Assembly (NCBI RefSeq): GCF_000953395.1
Contig: NZ_LN649236.1
Span: 1-32,000, forward strand
DNA length: 32,000 bases
DNA from: Candidatus Portiera aleyrodidarum
GTDB taxonomy: Bacteria; Pseudomonadota; Gammaproteobacteria; Johnevansiales; Johnevansiaceae
Direction: 5' to 3'
Below, piece by piece: positions 28,194 to 32,000 of the stretch. The translations under genes were made by a program, and so were the position numbers. Below the pieces are notes generated by a model, which saw nothing but the letters and a program-made list of their open reading frames with translations, did not search any database and was not told where the DNA came from. The stretch's first letter is position 1; every line of letters starts with the position of its first letter.

Positions 28194-29453
28194 ATGAATT
28201 TAAATGAACTTAAAAAAAAAAATGTACATGAATTATTAACATTAGCTATATCTATGAAGATAGATAATATATTACGTTCTAGAAAACAAGATATTATATT
28301 TGCTATTCTAAAAAAACAAGCTAAAGGTGGAGAAGATATTTATGGAGAAGGAGTTTTAGAAATTTTACAAGAAGGTTTTGGCTTTTTAAGAAGTGCTGAT
28401 AGTTCTTATCAAGCCGGCCCTGATGATATATATGTTTCTCCATCACAAATTCGACGGTTTAATTTACGTAAAGGTGATAGTATTTATGGTAAAATACGTC
28501 CTCCAAAAGAGGGTGAAAGATATTTTGCTTTATTAAAAGTAAATAAAATAAATTTTGATAGAATAGAAACTGTTAAACAAAAAATTTTATTTGAAAATTT
28601 AACTCCATTATTTCCCAATTATAGATTAATGATGGAAATTGGTAATGGTTCTACTGAAGATTTAACTTCTAGAATTTTAGATTTAGTTGCTCCTATTGGT
28701 AAAGGACAACGTGGTTTAATTGTAGCTCCTCCAAAAGCAGGTAAAACTATGATGATGCAAAATATTGCTAATGCTATAGTACGTAATAGTCCTGAATGTT
28801 ATTTAATTTTTTTATTAATTGATGAACGTCCTGAAGAAGTAACAGAAATGTCTAGAACAGTAAGAGGTGAAGTTATCGCCTCTACATTTGATGAACCACC
28901 TACAAGACATGTACAAGTAGCTGAAATGGTTATTGAAAAAGCTAAAAGATTAGTTGAACATAAAAAAGATGTAGTTATAATGTTAGATTCTATTACTAGA
29001 TTAGCAAGAGCGTACAATACAGTAGTTCCTTCTTCGGGTAAAGTCTTAACAGGGGGAGTGGATTCAAATGCTCTTGAAAAACCTAAAAGATTTTTTGGTG
29101 TCGCACGTAATATAGAAGAAGGTGGAAGTTTAACTATTTTAGCATCTGCTTTAATAGATACTGGATCAAAAATGGATGATATAATTTTTGAAGAATTTAA
29201 AGGTACAGGTAATATGGAAGCACATTTAGATCGTAAATTAGCTGAAAAAAGAGTTTTTCCTGCAATAAATATTAGACGTTCTGGTACTCGTAGAGAGGAT
29301 TTATTATGTAGTGAAGAAGAAATACAACGTATGTGGATTTTACGGAAATTATTACATACAATGGAAGATGTAGCAGCAACAGAATTATTAATAGATAGAT
29401 TAAAAAATACTAAAAATAATATAGACTTTTTTGAATCAATGAAAAGAAGATAA
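28194..29453 (+). CDS. rho: Transcription termination factor Rho
   Basis: 419-aa ORF (same length as E. coli Rho) and highly conserved: [31 protein letters not shown] (Walker A), [28 protein letters not shown]. Confidence 0.98.
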   Translation: MNLNELKKKNVHELLTLAISMKIDNILRSRKQDIIFAILKKQAKGGEDIYGEGVLEILQEGFGFLRSADSSYQAGPDDIYVSPSQIRRFNLRKGDSIYGKIRPPKEGERYFALLKVNKINFDRIETVKQKILFENLTPLFPNYRLMMEIGNGSTEDLTSRILDLVAPIGKGQRGLIVAPPKAGKTMMMQNIANAIVRNSPECYLIFLLIDERPEEVTEMSRTVRGEVIASTFDEPPTRHVQVAEMVIEKAKRLVEHKKDVVIMLDSITRLARAYNTVVPSSGKVLTGGVDSNALEKPKRFFGVARNIEEGGSLTILASALIDTGSKMDDIIFEEFKGTGNMEAHLDRKLAEKRVFPAINIRRSGTRREDLLCSEEEIQRMWILRKLLHTMEDVAATELLIDRLKNTKNNIDFFESMKRR

Positions 29454-29477
29454 AAATAGTTATTAAGGAATTTAGTT

Positions 29478-30551
29478 ATGAAATATGCTTCATATTATGA
29501 AAGTTATTATAAATTTGATAATATTAAGTGTTATAAAACAATACCAAGTATATTAGAAATACGTAAAGCTATTCCTATAAATACTGTAATAATGAATAGT
29601 ATTAAGTTACAAAGAAAAGCAATTAAAAATATAATTAATGGTAATGATAAAAGATTATTAGTTATAGTAGGTCCTTGTTCAATACATGATAAAAATGCTG
29701 CATTAGAATATGCTAATAAATTAAAAAAATTATCTAATGAATTAGAAGATCAATTATTAATTGTAATGCGTACATATGTAGAAAAACCTAGAACTAATAT
29801 TGGATGGAAAGGATTATTATATGATCCATCGTTAGATGGTAGTAATGATATTAAATATGGAATTTATATTTCTAGAAAAATTATGTATGATATAATTTGT
29901 ATAGGGTTACCTATTTCTAATGAAATATTAAATCCTAGTACCTCAAGTTTTTTTGAAGATCTTCTTAGTTGGGCTGCTATAGGCGCTAGAACAACAGAAT
30001 CTCAAATTCATAGAGAAGTAGTTAGTGGTTTATCGTTTCCAATAGGTTTTAAAAATGGAACGGATGGAAATATCTATATAGCTATAGATGCAATTAAAAC
30101 AGCAGAAAATAAACATTATCATATTGGTATAGATCAAAAAGGAAGAATTTCTATTATAAAAACAAAAGGTAATATAAATACACACTTAATACTTAGAGGG
30201 GGAAATAATGGACCTAATTATTATAAAAATAATATAACTTTATATTGCCAAGCAATGACACGTAAATGTATTAAAGCTAAAATTATGGTAGATTGTAGCC
30301 ATTCTAATAGTGGTAAACAACCTGAAAATCAACCATTGGTATTAGATAATATATTAGAACAAAGAATATCTGGTAATAAATCTTTAATAGGAGTAATGTT
30401 AGAAAGTAATATAAATAGTGGTTCACAAAATTTAAGCAAAAATCTTAAATATGGAGTATCAATAACTGATGGATGTTTAAGTTGGATAGAAACAGAAACA
30501 TTACTTCGTAAAGCTGCAATAAAAATGCGCAAAAATATAAAAAAATTATAA
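29478..30551 (+). CDS. 3-deoxy-7-phosphoheptulonate (DAHP) synthase, class I (AroF/G/H family; paralog not assignable by eye)
   Basis: 357-aa ORF with GPCSIHD, KPRT.IGWKGL, WAAIGARTTESQIHRE, GFKNGTDG, MVDCSHSNS and YGVSITDGC. All are hallmark class I-alpha DAHP synthase segments. Confidence 0.95.
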   Translation: MKYASYYESYYKFDNIKCYKTIPSILEIRKAIPINTVIMNSIKLQRKAIKNIINGNDKRLLVIVGPCSIHDKNAALEYANKLKKLSNELEDQLLIVMRTYVEKPRTNIGWKGLLYDPSLDGSNDIKYGIYISRKIMYDIICIGLPISNEILNPSTSSFFEDLLSWAAIGARTTESQIHREVVSGLSFPIGFKNGTDGNIYIAIDAIKTAENKHYHIGIDQKGRISIIKTKGNINTHLILRGGNNGPNYYKNNITLYCQAMTRKCIKAKIMVDCSHSNSGKQPENQPLVLDNILEQRISGNKSLIGVMLESNINSGSQNLSKNLKYGVSITDGCLSWIETETLLRKAAIKMRKNIKKL

Positions 30552-30567
30552 AAGGTTATTTGTTTAA

Positions 30568-32000
30568 ATGATAAAAACACATATTTTAGGATATCCGCGT
30601 ATAGGACCTAATCGAGAATTAAAAAAAGCATTAGAGTCATATTGGAAAAACGATATTAATTTAAACACATTAGAAAATATTGGAAAAACAATTAGAGTAA
30701 ACAATTGGATTACACAATATAAAGCAGGATTATCTTATGTAAGTGTAGGAGATTTTTCTTATTATGATCATATTTTAAATATAACTGCAATGATAGGATC
30801 AATACCTAAACGATTTAATCATATTGAAAATAGTATAGTTGATATAAATACATATTTTAATATGGCTAGAGGATGTACAATAAATGGAAAACCTATTTCA
30901 GCATGTGAAATGACAAAATTTTTTGATACAAATTATCATTATATTGTACCGGAATTAGAAATAACTAATCAGTTTTATTTATCAAATAATAATATTTTTA
31001 ATGAAGTTAAAGAATGTCAAACTTTAGGTTTAAAACCTAAAGTAGTATTAATTGGTCCTATAACTTATTTATGGTTAGCCAAATCATCTATTAATAAACT
31101 TAATTTTTTACCATCATTAATTAATGTATATTCTAAAATTTTAAAAAAATTAGAAAAACAAAATGTTGAATGGGTCCAATTAGATGAACCAGTTTTAGTA
31201 TTAGAAATACCAAAAATATGGAAGGATTCCTTTGAAATAGCTTATAAAAAATTATCAAAAAAAATAAAACAATTAAAAATAATGCTAGCTACTTATTTTG
31301 GAGGCATAGGTAAGAATATAGATATGGTATTATCGTTACCTATAACCAATCTACATGTCGATGGAGTTAGAGCACATAAAGAATTAGATTTAATTATAAC
31401 CAAATTTCCTAGTGATAAAATTTTATCTATTGGAATTATAAATGGTAGAAATATTTGGAAAGCACATTTAACAAATATTTTTAAAAAATTAAATAAAATT
31501 AAGATTATTCTGAAAAATAGATTGTGGATTTCATCCAGTTGTTCTTTATTACATATACCTATCGATATAAATAAAGAAAAACATATAAATAAGAAAATTT
31601 TAAATTGGTTATCATTTGCAAGACAAAAATTAGATGAAATAGTTATTTTATCTAAATGTGTAACTGATAACAAATATATAACTGATAACACTAAAGCAAT
31701 AGAATCAAGAAATAATTGTGATATTATAAATTCTACTTTAGTAAAAGAACGTATAAAACAAATACAAAATAATTATTTACATCGTAATAATTCATACTTT
31801 AAACGTAAAATTTTACAAAATAAAAAACTTAAACTACCTTTATTACCAACAACTACAATAGGGTCATTTCCTCAAACTAATATAATACGACTTGCTAGAA
31901 AAAATTTTAAAATAGGTAAATTAAATATTGAAGCTTATGAACAAATAATACGTTATCAAATATTATTTATAATAGCTAAACAAACAAGTTATGATCTTGA
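30568..32000 (+). CDS. metE: Cobalamin-independent methionine synthase (5-methyltetrahydropteroyltriglutamate-homocysteine methyltransferase), 3'-partial
   Basis: Not in the supplied ORF track because it runs off the window. I translated frame 1 by hand from the ATG at 30568 and found 477 codons with no stop. MIKTHILGYPRIGPNRELKKALESYW...VGDFSYYDHIL...EMTKFFDTNYHYIVPE... is collinear with E. coli MetE (753 aa). Confidence 0.95.
   Translation, partial: MIKTHILGYPRIGPNRELKKALESYWKNDINLNTLENIGKTIRVNNWITQYKAGLSYVSVGDFSYYDHILNITAMIGSIPKRFNHIENSIVDINTYFNMARGCTINGKPISACEMTKFFDTNYHYIVPELEITNQFYLSNNNIFNEVKECQTLGLKPKVVLIGPITYLWLAKSSINKLNFLPSLINVYSKILKKLEKQNVEWVQLDEPVLVLEIPKIWKDSFEIAYKKLSKKIKQLKIMLATYFGGIGKNIDMVLSLPITNLHVDGVRAHKELDLIITKFPSDKILSIGIINGRNIWKAHLTNIFKKLNKIKIILKNRLWISSSCSLLHIPIDINKEKHINKKILNWLSFARQKLDEIVILSKCVTDNKYITDNTKAIESRNNCDIINSTLVKERIKQIQNNYLHRNNSYFKRKILQNKKLKLPLLPTTTIGSFPQTNIIRLARKNFKIGKLNIEAYEQIIRYQILFIIAKQTSYDL

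Noticed and set aside
31661-31696. Imperfect 18-bp direct repeat in metE (TAACTGATAACAAATATA / TAACTGATAACACTAAAG) encoding VTDNKYITDNTK
   Set aside because: Only 12 of 18 positions are clearly shared, there are just two copies, and it lies in a variable inter-domain region. This is too weak to call beyond a probable old slippage event.
30568-32000. Suspicion that metE is a pseudogene, because no ORF was listed for it in the supplied track
   Set aside because: I translated frame 1 by hand from 30568 to 32000 and found no stop codon and continuous similarity to MetE. It is missing from the track only because it has no stop within the window.
1-32000. Alternative genetic code (UGA=Trp), as in some tiny symbionts
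   Set aside because: All 25 genes give full-length, collinear products under the standard code. TGA terminates tsf at the expected place, overlapping the frr start.
1-32000. Search for CRISPR arrays, IS elements, integrases, toxin-antitoxin or defence-like orphan genes, rRNA or other structured ncRNA
   Set aside because: Every ORF over about 90 aa on the coding strands is an identifiable housekeeping or biosynthetic gene. The largest unexplained spacer is 188 nt. I saw no spaced direct repeats or terminal inverted repeats.

Overview
This is an extremely AT-rich (by eye about four-fifths A+T, not computed), almost gap-free stretch of a heavily reduced gammaproteobacterial genome of the insect nutritional-endosymbiont type. 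I can support 25 protein genes and 3 tRNAs. The standard code applies: every ORF is full length and TGA serves as a stop, for example at tsf. Gene order: dnaK-dnaJ (+); pnp-rpsO-rbfA-infB-nusA-tRNAfMet-tRNALeu-ftsH-greA-carB-carA-dapB-yggT (-); tyrS-tRNAAla (+); dapE-dapD-map (-); rpsB-tsf-frr-dnaE-tilS-rho-DAHP synthase-metE (+, metE runs off the window end). The content is core information processing and chaperones plus amino-acid provisioning genes: lysine (dapB/D/E), carbamoyl phosphate (carAB), shikimate entry, and methionine (metE). The gene order, the long-form DapD and a type-2 TyrS point to a Pseudomonas/Oceanospirillales-like ancestor. A Carsonella/Portiera-like lineage is only a guess. 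Spacers are mostly 1-60 nt, with several 1-8 nt overlaps. I see no mobile elements, CRISPR, defence or toxin loci, prophage, rRNA or credible orphan ORFs. I do not find a novel multi-gene system here; this looks like an ordinary, if extreme, core region. The points worth a second look are consequences of genome erosion: a DnaE lacking its OB-fold/tau-binding C-terminus, a tRNA-Ala overlapping the tyrS stop codon, CCA ends not encoded for 2 of 3 tRNAs, an in-place inversion of the dapB-to-pnp block, convergent genes with no room for terminators, clean deletion scars (pyrH, truB, rimP, rlmE, folP-glmM-secG, the envelope gene cluster, accA), in-frame microsatellites inside essential genes, and a probable TTG start for carA.
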